Shown in pieces: positions 9,143 to 18,305 of a DNA stretch of 64,000 bases. Source of the stretch: an uncultured Acidimicrobiia bacterium (GTDB lineage Bacteria; Acidobacteriota; Terriglobia; Versatilivoradales; Versatilivoraceae); NCBI GenBank assembly GCA_963786955.1, contig CAWBAT010000008.1, forward strand, positions 1 to 64,000, read 5' to 3'. The position numbers and the translations under genes are program-made. Numbering within the stretch: position 1 is the first letter of the stretch; each line of letters starts with the position of its first letter. The notes under the pieces are model-generated. The model was not told the origin of the DNA and ran no database searches. It saw nothing but the letters and a program-made list of their open reading frames with translations.

Positions 9143-10159
9143 TTAAACAAGAGTCTTGATCAGTTCGGTCACCGAACTTGGGTGGCCAGAGTATTCCAGA
9201 CGATAGGCAGGGAATTGAGCCAGTTGGCTGAGCAAGGCATCGTGCCGTTCAACGACCTTCTGAGTGTCTAATACAATATCCTGCCGGAGTCGCCTCAAAG
9301 CAGTACTGGACGGGAGACGCGAAAGCTCACAGGTGACGTTGGGATTTCTTTCAAGAAACAGGAGGAGCGCAGGCTGGCTGCTGACACAAGTTCCGCCTGG
9401 GCAGTATTTTAGAACGTCGACGTCCAGATATAATTCCCCTCCGTTCCGGCAATGGGGGACAATTGAATTCAGTTCTGGAAAGAGGGCACATGCCTCGGGC
9501 AGAAGACGCAATTGCCATGGGTTGCCCCAAAGGATGAGTCCGTTTCCTTCGTCATTTTGGGACAGGTGAACGACGTCGTCCGAGACAATCTGCATCCGTG
9601 CTTTTCCGCAGGCATAAGCCAGCGTGCTTTTTCCAGTCCCGCCAACCCCACAAATCAGAATTGCAGAACCTTTCCAAGAGACGCATGAACAATGCACCGG
9701 CGTAAATTTCTGATGGACTGCAAAAACATAGAAAAGGCACTCTAGAAAGGTTCGACGGAAAAAGGCGCTGTCTTGAGACATCTCCTCCGTCACAAACCCG
9801 AATGCTGTGCCGGATCTAAGGTCGGCGATTGCAAAATTGCTCTCTCCACAGCTCAGGTGGAAAAAGTGGTGAATTGCGCGATAAGAGGGGGCGGGCCAAG
9901 GATGGTCGCCTCGGTGGACGGGATCAGGGTCTACACAAATCCTGATGATGATCGAAGGTTTGGCCTGGGTGGAGGGTTCTCCATAGCGGGAAAAGCTGCC
10001 ATCCGCCGCCGCAATGACTCGCTCGCTGTTACTTTGAACCTCCACGGGAATTCCGAGAGGGAGATAAGTTCTGCAATGGTTTAGCGCGAGACCGCGAAAC
10101 AAAGGGTCGGGACACTCCCGAAGTCGGGGAGTCAGCACGATCTTATAAGTTTCGTCCAT
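9143..10159 (-). CDS. HPr kinase-related P-loop protein
   Basis: PVHCSCV, Walker A GVGGTGKST, and VSDD acidic pair typical of HprK/PEPCK-like kinases. Confidence 0.75.
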   Translation of the reverse strand: MDETYKIVLTPRLRECPDPLFRGLALNHCRTYLPLGIPVEVQSNSERVIAAADGSFSRYGEPSTQAKPSIIIRICVDPDPVHRGDHPWPAPSYRAIHHFFHLSCGESNFAIADLRSGTAFGFVTEEMSQDSAFFRRTFLECLFYVFAVHQKFTPVHCSCVSWKGSAILICGVGGTGKSTLAYACGKARMQIVSDDVVHLSQNDEGNGLILWGNPWQLRLLPEACALFPELNSIVPHCRNGGELYLDVDVLKYCPGGTCVSSQPALLLFLERNPNVTCELSRLPSSTALRRLRQDIVLDTQKVVERHDALLSQLAQFPAYRLEYSGHPSSVTELIKTLV

Positions 10160-10431
10160 AAGAGTTCAAATCATGCTTTCCTTTAGCGCGTGGGAAATCC
10201 GAATTCACTTCAAATATCTGCGGACACTCCAGATGGAATTCTTTGAATGCCCTATCAAGGCGGATCGATTGAACAGGCCTTTACCCGTTTACATTCTAAA
10301 TGAAGCCACAACTCACGCGGGATTCCGCGAGTTGAATGGTCGAATCGAAATGGTGAACGGTAACCCTTTCGAGTCATCTCGTAATCAGGGGTTGCTGTGC
10401 TTGTTATGCGGCTTCCCATAGGCCTTTCTCC

Positions 10432-10461
10432 TTGACACTCTAAAGGTGGGCATTGTATATT
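10432..10461 (+). promoter_or_regulatory. sigma70-type promoter for the tRNA pair
   Basis: TTGACA (10432-10437), 18 bp spacer, TATATT (10456-10461), upstream of tRNA-Val. Confidence 0.55.
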
Positions 10462-10495
10462 CCTTCGCGAATCAATCAGGAAGGTGCTCCTCCTA

Positions 10496-10571
10496 GGGCG
10501 GTTAGCTCAGCTGGGAGAGCACATCCCTTACAAGGATGGGGTCACTGGTTCGATCCCAGTACCGCCCACCA
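10496..10571 (+). tRNA. tRNA-Val (TAC)
   Basis: GGGCGGT/ACCGCCC stem, CATCC-CTTACAA-GGATG anticodon arm, CCA end. Confidence 0.96.
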
Positions 10572-10589
10572 TTGCTAACCGAATATTGC

Positions 10590-10666
10590 GGGGTCGTAGT
10601 TCAGCTGGTTAGAACGCTGGCCTGTCACGTCAGAGGTCGCGGGTTCGAGTCCCGTCGGCCCCGCCA
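10590..10666 (+). tRNA. tRNA-Asp (GTC)
   Basis: GGGGTCG/CGGCCCC stem, CTGTCAC anticodon loop, GGTTCGAGTCC, CCA end. Confidence 0.96.
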
Positions 10667-10684
10667 AAAAGTTTCCCACCGCCA

Positions 10685-10963
10685 ATGAGCCTGCAGAAAG
10701 AATTCATTCTTTACATTTCTAAGAAAATCGTTGATCAACTGATCAAGAGAGAAATGATTGAGTTCAAAACACCGGCTTCGTTGCAGGAACGGGTCTTGGC
10801 TGTTCTAGAGGAAGAGATGTCTCAGGAAGATAAGGTTAATGAAGAAGTCCGGAGCATCTTGAAGGATTATGCTGACGAAATGAAAAGGACGGGAATTTCT
10901 TATCAGGAAATGTTTAAGGCCGTTAAGAACAAGTTAATCAGAGAAAAGAAAGTAATTCTATAG
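10685..10963 (+). CDS. DUF507 family protein
   Basis: EDKVNEEVR...SYQEMFKAVKNKL pattern; tandem with a paralog. Confidence 0.75.
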   Translation: MSLQKEFILYISKKIVDQLIKREMIEFKTPASLQERVLAVLEEEMSQEDKVNEEVRSILKDYADEMKRTGISYQEMFKAVKNKLIREKKVIL

Positions 10964-10969
10964 ACTCGG

Positions 10970-11239
10970 ATGCGTCTTTCTCGCGAAAAAATCAATCGAC
11001 TTTCACACCTCGTCACGGACGAACTCGTCAAGCTAGATGACGTTGAGTTTGTCGAAGATCGGAACACGATCCGACTGGAAATCGTGAAGATTATTAACGA
11101 AGAGCTCAAGAAAGAAGAGGCGATTGACAAGGAAGCCAAAAGAAAGATCGAGTCGATGAAGAAAAGTGTTCCGGAGGGTAGCTTGGAGTGGGAAATTCTC
11201 TATAGAAAGTACTACACCGAAGAGGTGAAGAAGCTGTAG
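10970..11239 (+). CDS. DUF507 family protein
   Basis: MRLSREKINRL...VPEGSLEWEILYRKYY pattern. Confidence 0.8.
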   Translation: MRLSREKINRLSHLVTDELVKLDDVEFVEDRNTIRLEIVKIINEELKKEEAIDKEAKRKIESMKKSVPEGSLEWEILYRKYYTEEVKKL

Positions 11240-11264
11240 TCCACTCGTAATTGGACACGGAATG

Positions 11265-11295
11265 AAAAAAAGGCAGCCAAAGTGGCTGCCTTTTT
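11265..11295. terminator. bidirectional intrinsic terminator
   Basis: aaaaaaaggcagcc-aaagt-ggctgccttttt between convergent genes. Confidence 0.8.
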
Positions 11296-11319
11296 CTGTT
11301 TAACGCGGACTTGTATTTC

Positions 11320-12336
11320 TCAATCGGTTCGTCGTTTCAGTGTCGGACGATCATCCCCACTATCGTTCGTAGGCACTGGCTCATCGGAGGTATCTTCGGT
11401 TTGCCCGGTCGTTCTGCGTTTTAAGGTAGGTTTGTTAGACTTTTCGCCGTCGGCCGGTTTTTTCCGGTTCTCCATAGCAATGAGCTTGCCTTTGATCGAG
11501 TCAAATTCCGAGGTGTTGATAATATACTGATCCCGGCTGGGAAGGACACTTGCGATATTTGCTTGAGTCTTTTCGATCCGATCTTGCGTAGGAGGATGTG
11601 TCGAAAACGCTACAGCCAGCTTTCCTGGCTTCTTCTTCTCCTGAGCTTGGATCTTTTCGAAAAAGGAAATAAATGCCGTAGGATCATAGCCGGTCTTGTA
11701 CATGTATTCCAGCCCAAGGTAATCCGCTTCTGTTTCGGCAGAGCGGCTGAACTGGAGGAACTTCAAGGGAATCAGAAATCCGGCAGCCTGGTAAAGTCCG
11801 TAACCTAATCCTCCCCCCATCATGATTAAAGGGATTGTGGCATACTGGGCGATTGTTGCCTTTGTATACTGCTCTGTACCGTGGCGGGCGGCCACATGAG
11901 CAATTTCATGAGCCATGACTCCGGCAAGTTCCGATTCTTCATCCGCAGCGGTAACCAATCCCGAGTTGACATAAAAAAACCCCCCGGGAAGTGCAAAGGC
12001 ATTGATCTCATCTGAGTCCACCACTTTTATGGTGAAAGGAACCTTTGAGTCGGAATTACGAACGAGGTTCTGACCCACCCGGTTAACGTATTCGTTGATC
12101 TCGGGATCATTCAGGAGTTTGACAGACTTTTCCACTTCCTGGGCCAAAGACTTACCCAAGGCGATCTCTTTTTCAATTGAGATCATGTTCAAGTTTCCCT
12201 TGTTTATGTTGCGATTCCCGATCTCATCCACATCCGAGTTCTTCTTCTGGCTGTCCGCAAAAAGCCAGAAATTGCTCGGAGAGAGGCAGAGAACGTACAC
12301 GAGAACAAGCGCGACTAATGATTTCCAGGTATTCAT
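11320..12336 (-). CDS. M48 family metalloprotease (BepA/YfgC-like)
   Basis: Signal peptide, INAFALPGG, HEIAH zinc motif, FSRSAETEAD, STHP; AAGGAG before ATG 12336. Confidence 0.92.
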   Translation of the reverse strand: MNTWKSLVALVLVYVLCLSPSNFWLFADSQKKNSDVDEIGNRNINKGNLNMISIEKEIALGKSLAQEVEKSVKLLNDPEINEYVNRVGQNLVRNSDSKVPFTIKVVDSDEINAFALPGGFFYVNSGLVTAADEESELAGVMAHEIAHVAARHGTEQYTKATIAQYATIPLIMMGGGLGYGLYQAAGFLIPLKFLQFSRSAETEADYLGLEYMYKTGYDPTAFISFFEKIQAQEKKKPGKLAVAFSTHPPTQDRIEKTQANIASVLPSRDQYIINTSEFDSIKGKLIAMENRKKPADGEKSNKPTLKRRTTGQTEDTSDEPVPTNDSGDDRPTLKRRTD

Positions 12337-12675
12337 GAAGTCTACTCCTTCATCCACTCCTCAAACTCAAACCGGATTGATCTACTTCTGATACTAGCAC
12401 CGCATCTTATTCTAGACTAGTGATTCTTGATCTGTTCATTCTGATGCGGCAAAGGGCAAACCGAGATGTCTCATTTACAATATGAATGCTTATATCCGCT
12501 AAATTAGAGATGCAGAGCCGGGGCAAGGTTGTATCAATATTCGCAAGCTCCTACAGGAACTTCAAAAAAACCTAATCAAAGTGCATCCTAATCCGATTCT
12601 ATTGAATGACAGCAGAATTATCTTCCGCCAACTCTAACCCAAGGCTAACTGAAATAACTCAACCGCCATTTTCTG

Positions 12676-12891
12676 ATGAATATTAAGAAAGTTACAGTAG
12701 GCCAGATGTGGAAGAATGAAGACTCAGGAGATGTTTTCGTCGTTACGTCTCTTTACAAAGACGTTCTGGCCTCGGTTGCGGTCCTTAGACCTGTTAACCA
12801 GGCATCGAATCCTTCCAACAAAAGGGCAAAAGTTATTAAGACACAGAATGGAGAAGAGTTACAGGGATTTACGACGGCGGAACACGTCTAG
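12676..12891 (+). CDS. hypothetical protein
   Basis: 71-aa ORF with protein-like composition in an otherwise empty interval. Confidence 0.55.
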   Translation: MNIKKVTVGQMWKNEDSGDVFVVTSLYKDVLASVAVLRPVNQASNPSNKRAKVIKTQNGEELQGFTTAEHV

Positions 12892-12941
12892 CGAGGATTC
12901 TTTATTGGCCTAAAGGGTATCAGGCCTGGAACCTAAAGTCA

Positions 12942-13880
12942 TTAACGCGAGCCTTTTGGCGGCCTTCCTCTTTTCCGAACGGCGTGAGTGACCTTTTGGA
13001 GGGAAACTTTCGCTTTGGAGACCTTTGGGCTGGTGGTTTTAGGCAAGGCGGTTTCTTTCTTTGGCTTTTCAGATTTTGCGGAAAACGTTCTCCCTTTCAA
13101 AACCCCCTTCTTTTCAGCCACAATGATCAAGTCCTGGCCATTCGGGTCGTAATCCTCAAAATTGAAATTCCGATAACAAGATATCTTGCTGAATCCCAAT
13201 GACTTGAGTGGTTTCTCGAGCTCTTTTTTAAGGTGAGGATAAATGGCTGTGGTCTGAACTGTAGTCTCCCATCGATTCTCACGCCAATGATATCTTACAA
13301 GATTCAAGTTGACTGATTTTGGCCCATAGTCAAGCAAGCGAAAGAACAGAGTCTCTTCAGAGCCATTGCGAGAGAAAGTGGGAGGAATAAACCGTAGGCG
13401 GTTCTTGAGGATGTGGTCGTAATTCCTCGCTTGCAATACAAATAAGCCACCTGGATTCAAGCACTTATAAATTTCCTGAAAGGCCTTCTTAATCTCTATG
13501 TTCGATTTCAACACCGAGGATGTATCCCCTAAGAATGTAATAACGTCGAAACCTTCAGAGAATCGCTTCGACATGGCCAGAAAATCACCCAAGATGAATT
13601 CGACAGTAACACCGCAAGTGACTGAATTTGCTCGAGCTTTTTCAATCATCCTGGGACTTGAATCGATTCCCACCGCATCGAGGCCCAGCCGGCGAAACAT
13701 AATCACTTGGAAACCTGTACTACAACCGACATCAAGAGAACTCTTTAATTTATAATCGTTTACAAGTTTCTTAAAGAAAACGCCTTCCGTGGCAATACGA
13801 CTGGGCCACGAAATCATTTGATCATAGGAATCGCTCTGCAAATCATAGTATTCGAGCGAAGAAAGGGGTTTTTGATCCAT
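12942..13880 (-). CDS. class I SAM-dependent methyltransferase with Lys-rich, AT-hook-like C-terminal tail
   Basis: LDVGCSTG, GIDSS and LNPGG motifs; ends RKRGRPPKGSR. Confidence 0.85.
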   Translation of the reverse strand: MDQKPLSSLEYYDLQSDSYDQMISWPSRIATEGVFFKKLVNDYKLKSSLDVGCSTGFQVIMFRRLGLDAVGIDSSPRMIEKARANSVTCGVTVEFILGDFLAMSKRFSEGFDVITFLGDTSSVLKSNIEIKKAFQEIYKCLNPGGLFVLQARNYDHILKNRLRFIPPTFSRNGSEETLFFRLLDYGPKSVNLNLVRYHWRENRWETTVQTTAIYPHLKKELEKPLKSLGFSKISCYRNFNFEDYDPNGQDLIIVAEKKGVLKGRTFSAKSEKPKKETALPKTTSPKVSKAKVSLQKVTHAVRKRGRPPKGSR

Positions 13881-14049
13881 GTTGTCCGGAAGGGTAGATT
13901 TGATTCAGACAAACGCTTTGAATTTGCGAAATCTACACCAATCAAAGCGACACTGCAAGGAAAAAAGCCATATCCTGGACTTCGCCGGATCTTTGAGGGA
14001 TGCCCCTGGTTTAGGGTAGCAGAATCTTGGATTCTGGGGGAAGGAAGCG

Positions 14050-14694
14050 CTAGCGGAAAGACGCTGTTCCGGCAAACTGTTTCGATTTAACATCTTTGCC
14101 GCTTGTGTCTTGCTCGACCCTAGACGCCTCTTTCCAAGTAAAAAAGATGCGGTGGATGACCGTCAAATTTGAAAAGAAAGCGATAATCCAAAGAACTGGA
14201 GCCATCCGATTAGCGAGCATACCGATGATAAGAAGGACAAGTCGTTCCGGGCGTTCCATGAATCCAACTTTGCATAAAGGGATGAGTGACTCGGCCCGAG
14301 CCCGAGTGTAGCTCGTCATCAGAGAACCCATCATGGCAACGCCAGAGAGAATGACGTACGAAATCCTCTGGCCTTTACAGTAATAAACCGTGAGACCGAG
14401 GTAAATCGCGATATCCGAGTAACGGTCTAAGACAGAATCAAAAAACGCCCCAAAGCGTGTGACGTTGTTTGTGACTCTGGCCACGCGTCCGTCAAGCATA
14501 TCGAAGATCCCGGCCCCAATAATTACTAAGCCGGCATAAAGAAACTTCCCCTTAGCCAATTGGAAGGCCGCAAAAATAGTGGTGAGAAATCCAATCAAGG
14601 TCAGGTAATTCGGGTGGATCTTAAAGGCCGCGGCTGTATTGACAATGATATCAAGAATTGTCCTACAGATCTTTCCAATGAATTGGCTAAACAT
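14050..14694 (-). CDS. CDP-alcohol phosphatidyltransferase
   Basis: DMLDGRVAR...FGAFFDSVLDRYSD signature; SYTRARAE. Confidence 0.92.
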   Translation of the reverse strand: MFSQFIGKICRTILDIIVNTAAAFKIHPNYLTLIGFLTTIFAAFQLAKGKFLYAGLVIIGAGIFDMLDGRVARVTNNVTRFGAFFDSVLDRYSDIAIYLGLTVYYCKGQRISYVILSGVAMMGSLMTSYTRARAESLIPLCKVGFMERPERLVLLIIGMLANRMAPVLWIIAFFSNLTVIHRIFFTWKEASRVEQDTSGKDVKSKQFAGTASFR

Positions 14695-14699
14695 ATCGG

Positions 14700-15185
14700 C
14701 TATTCGGAGATTACTTCGTCTTCTTCATGGATTGTTTTAAGCCTTAAGATTTCAAACTCCTTCATGCCGCCGGGAGTTGAAACTTTGACGATATCTCCTT
14801 CCCGTCGATTCAACAAACTTTTCCCAATCGGTGAGGTTGTTGAGATCAATCCCTTTTGAATATCTGACTCTTCAACTGAGACAAGCTTGTAGGTTATTTC
14901 GGCAGCTTTTTGAGTGTCAAAAAGAACCAGGGTAGACCCGTAGGAAGCCCGGTCCGTGGGGATCTTGTCAAAGTTCATCAGAGCCACCTCCGAAAGCCGC
15001 TTGCGAAGATGAGCCAGGTTGGCGTTGACGATCTCTTGACGTTGTTTTGCAGACTGATATTCGGCATTTTCGCTCAAGTCACCGAGAGCTGCTGCTTTCT
15101 TGAGTTCTTTGGGCAGCTCATTTTTCAGCTCGAATTCAAGAATGCGAATTTTTTCTTCCAGTTTCTTCTTGATTTGTATGGTCAT
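14700..15185 (-). CDS. greA: transcription elongation factor GreA
   Basis: GDLSENAEYQSAK, ISTTSPIGKSL and TPGG motifs. Confidence 0.92.
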   Translation of the reverse strand: MTIQIKKKLEEKIRILEFELKNELPKELKKAAALGDLSENAEYQSAKQRQEIVNANLAHLRKRLSEVALMNFDKIPTDRASYGSTLVLFDTQKAAEITYKLVSVEESDIQKGLISTTSPIGKSLLNRREGDIVKVSTPGGMKEFEILRLKTIHEEDEVISE

Positions 15186-15381
15186 AGCATTTCCCCGGCT
15201 CGATAAGCTAAATGGATGCTGATCAATGAACTGAAATAATAAATTCAAACTGGCAAATTGTCAAAGCAGGTCCTATTTCGAAGTCCCCTATTTGACAGCC
15301 CCGGATCTCATATTCTTGTTGATCTACCGGTTGGCATAGGCTAAATTATAATATATCAGCAGTTTGCACTAGAATGGCCCA

Positions 15382-16413
15382 ATGGATCCCAAGCCTGAAC
15401 CCCAGCCCAAATCAGTCCTCGTTATTGATGATGAAGAATCCATGTTGGAAATGTCTCGCCTCATGCTCGAGCAGGCAGGCTATCAGGTAGTTGGGGCTCT
15501 CCACGGCAAAGAAGGACTTCGCAAGGCGATCGAAGTGAAGCCCGGATTAATTCTCATTGATCATTGGATGCCCGGACTTGATGGAGTCGAGACATTTCGG
15601 CTCATGGTACACGAGCCACGCTATCAACAAATCCGTGAGACACCTGTCATTCTCCTAACGGGAAGGACCTTGAGTGATGACGAAAAGCGGGAGTTCATGG
15701 CCTTGGGGCTGGCAGCCTATCTGATCAAACCGTTTGGCCATCGAGAGCTGATCAATGTCATCGATAACGTTTTCATTACTTACGAATTCAAATTAGAGAA
15801 CCGGCGTCTGCAGCAGGAGTTGCATGATTCTTTCCTCGAGACGGTGAAGCTTCTCATCAACCTTCTGGCCATTCGCGATCCTGCAACTCAGAGCCATTCG
15901 CTGACGGTTCTGTCCCTGGCTGAAGATGTTTGCCACAAGCTCAACCTCTCAGGAGAGGATCTGTACAATATCAAACTGGCGGCGTTGCTCCATGACATTG
16001 GAAAGATCATTATTCCTGAGGACTTGCTGATGAAACCCGAGGGTCTGAGTCCAGACGAGTACGTTCGCATGCACCAGCATGTGCATTATGGTTATCACGC
16101 CTTAAATGGAATTTCGAGCCTGGCGCCAGCGCGCGAATTAATGTTCTACCATCATGAGAACTTCGATGGAAGCGGTTATCCCCGTGGCCTGAAAGGAGAT
16201 GAGATCCCGATCGGAGCCCGAATTGTTGCTGTTGTCGATGCCTACGACGCAATGACTTCCGATCGGCCTTATCGGAAAGGCCTTGCTTCAGTGGAGGCTC
16301 AACGGCGATTGCTCGAAGCTAAGAGCAAGCAGTTTGATCCCACGGTCGTGGATGCCCTCATGAGATGTCTTAATGACCACCATCGGGCTGCGTTCAAAAC
16401 AGCCCAATCTTGA
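15382..16413 (+). CDS. response regulator with HD-GYP phosphodiesterase domain
   Basis: REC domain (IDDE, DHWMP, KPF) followed by LLHDIGK, HHENFDGSGYP and DAMTSDRPYR. Confidence 0.92.
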   Translation: MDPKPEPQPKSVLVIDDEESMLEMSRLMLEQAGYQVVGALHGKEGLRKAIEVKPGLILIDHWMPGLDGVETFRLMVHEPRYQQIRETPVILLTGRTLSDDEKREFMALGLAAYLIKPFGHRELINVIDNVFITYEFKLENRRLQQELHDSFLETVKLLINLLAIRDPATQSHSLTVLSLAEDVCHKLNLSGEDLYNIKLAALLHDIGKIIIPEDLLMKPEGLSPDEYVRMHQHVHYGYHALNGISSLAPARELMFYHHENFDGSGYPRGLKGDEIPIGARIVAVVDAYDAMTSDRPYRKGLASVEAQRRLLEAKSKQFDPTVVDALMRCLNDHHRAAFKTAQS

Positions 16414-17467
16414 TCCGCAAAAACTTCTTCGGATCTTGTCGAAAATCATAGAGTAACTTCACAAGCTCACTTGCCGCATTGTTCAAATTAACGTAGAGCG
16501 AACTGTCTACAAACAACTTTCCTAAAGTTCCTTCCCCCTGATTCATTTTGTCGGCCAAAGCGGCATATTTGCTCGTGGCGTCTCGAAACTGAATATAAAG
16601 CGAGTCATCCTTTGATATCTTACCGAGGAAACCTTCTCCTTTTTCAATTCGGCCCGCTACCGTGTCGAATCGGGTGAGCAAAGATTCCGCTCGATTGTAA
16701 ACTGCAGGATCCCGTAAGAGCTTGCCCAAGGTTCCTTCCCCCTTTTCCACCATGGCAACGGTGTTTTCCATGCGACTGAGAGTTCCGTTCAAGCGATCAT
16801 ACAACTTGGGGTCAGAGATGAGCCTACCCACTGTTCCATCTCCCGATTTGATCTCTTGAAGGAGATGTTGAGCTTCAGAGACCGTTGTATTGACATTGTT
16901 GTACAACGCGGGATCATTGATAAATTTTCCAATTGTCCCCTGCCCCTGATCGATCTTTTGGGTGATCTGGTTGATTTTAGTGACCAAGTCACCTAGGTTG
17001 GCGACCAGATCATTGCTGTTTTGAATGATGCGCTTGATGTCAGCGGTTGACGAGCCTTTCACCTCGCCGTTGGGCAAAAGGGGTTTGCAATTTGCTGTAC
17101 CTCGTGAGATGTCGATATATTTGTCGCCGAGAAGCCCAATGGAACCAAGCACTGCCACCGAATCATCGCAAATCATAGGTTCAAATCGTTTCTGAATCTG
17201 CATAATGACTTCGACAGCACGATTCGGGTCGGAAGAGGAGCTGAGGTTCACCGTTGTTACATTTCCCCCCTCGATCCCTGCGATCCAAACTAACGAGCCT
17301 TTACGCACGCCGTCGGCGCTCGAGAAGAAGGTCCTGAGCTGGTACCGGGGGGTAAAGAAACCGGCGCCTCCGCTGATGGCCAACAAGGCAATGATGAGGA
17401 TTGTGAAAGTCGCAATGACGAGAACGCCAACCCTCAACTCAGCCCAAGCCAACTTCTTTCTTGCCAT
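16394..17467 (-). CDS. mlaD: MlaD/MCE family protein
   Basis: N-terminal TM, MCE domain (GLLGDKYIDI), repeated GEGTLGKL helical repeats. Confidence 0.85.
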   Translation of the reverse strand: MARKKLAWAELRVGVLVIATFTILIIALLAISGGAGFFTPRYQLRTFFSSADGVRKGSLVWIAGIEGGNVTTVNLSSSSDPNRAVEVIMQIQKRFEPMICDDSVAVLGSIGLLGDKYIDISRGTANCKPLLPNGEVKGSSTADIKRIIQNSNDLVANLGDLVTKINQITQKIDQGQGTIGKFINDPALYNNVNTTVSEAQHLLQEIKSGDGTVGRLISDPKLYDRLNGTLSRMENTVAMVEKGEGTLGKLLRDPAVYNRAESLLTRFDTVAGRIEKGEGFLGKISKDDSLYIQFRDATSKYAALADKMNQGEGTLGKLFVDSSLYVNLNNAASELVKLLYDFRQDPKKFLRIKIGLF

Positions 17468-17476
17468 GGTTCCTCC

Positions 17477-18301
17477 TTATGCTAGAAACTTCTGAATGTA
17501 CTCATTCGGGCTTTTGCGAATTTCCTCATCAAATCCGTCAAATATGATTTCACCTTCTCGCAGCATCATGAGTCGGGTATTCAGAAGACACAAGAAGTTC
17601 TCATCCTCTTTGATGTAGCGCAGCTTCCCGTCACGGTGGCCCAAAAATTCATTGGCCATCGTAAACGCATCCTTGAGCCGATGGGTGACGAAGACGGAAC
17701 TCACTCCCTCGAGATCGCGCAATTTGATGACCAGCTCATTAATCGTGCGCGCGGTCAGAGGATCGAGCCCGGCAGTCGGCTCGTCGTACAACATGATCTT
17801 GGGGTTCCCGACTAAAGATCGTGCGATCGCGGCCCGGCGGCGCATCCCCCCTGAAAGCTGGGAAGGCATCTTCTCAAAGGCGTCTTCCAATTCTACAAAT
17901 CCCAGGGTCTTTCGTACCACGGAATCGATTTCGTCTTCGTCCAGATCGGTTTGCTCATACAATCGATAGGCAACATTTTCCGCGACCGAAAGCGAGTCAA
18001 AAAGTGCTCCTTCCTGGAAGACCATTCCGATTTTTCGGCGAACATGCATCAGCCGAGCTTCTGAAAGATTAGAGACTTCCTCCCCGTCAACCCAAATCTC
18101 TCCTTCATCCGGTTTCTCCAGGCCAATAATTAATTTGAGGATAGTCGATTTGCCGGAACCACTCCCGCCTAAGATAATTCGGGTCTCACCGCGACGAACC
18201 TTGAAGGAGATATTTTTCAGGACAATCGCATCCCCAAAAGACTTGTAGACATTCTTGAGTTCGATAGCGGGAAGTGTATCCTGAAAATACTTTTGGTTCA
18301 T
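17477..18301 (-). CDS. mlaF: ABC transporter ATPase (MlaF-like)
   Basis: GGSGSGKST, VFQEGALFDS, LSGGM and YDEPTAGLDP motifs. Confidence 0.88.
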   Translation of the reverse strand: MNQKYFQDTLPAIELKNVYKSFGDAIVLKNISFKVRRGETRIILGGSGSGKSTILKLIIGLEKPDEGEIWVDGEEVSNLSEARLMHVRRKIGMVFQEGALFDSLSVAENVAYRLYEQTDLDEDEIDSVVRKTLGFVELEDAFEKMPSQLSGGMRRRAAIARSLVGNPKIMLYDEPTAGLDPLTARTINELVIKLRDLEGVSSVFVTHRLKDAFTMANEFLGHRDGKLRYIKEDENFLCLLNTRLMMLREGEIIFDGFDEEIRKSPNEYIQKFLA

Positions 18302-18305
18302 GATA

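Noticed and set aside
4081-10419. Complete lasso peptide cluster
   Set aside because: No cyclase, RRE or leader protease in the window, and the candidate precursor fits poorly.
12445-12530. GGGCAAACC as a c-di-GMP-I riboswitch
   Set aside because: No GAAA tetraloop stem or downstream GACGCAAAGC consensus follows.
12503-12531. CAACC..GCATC possible ECF promoter for the M48 protease (minus strand)
   Set aside because: Plausible, but a single short match cannot be supported without a motif alignment.
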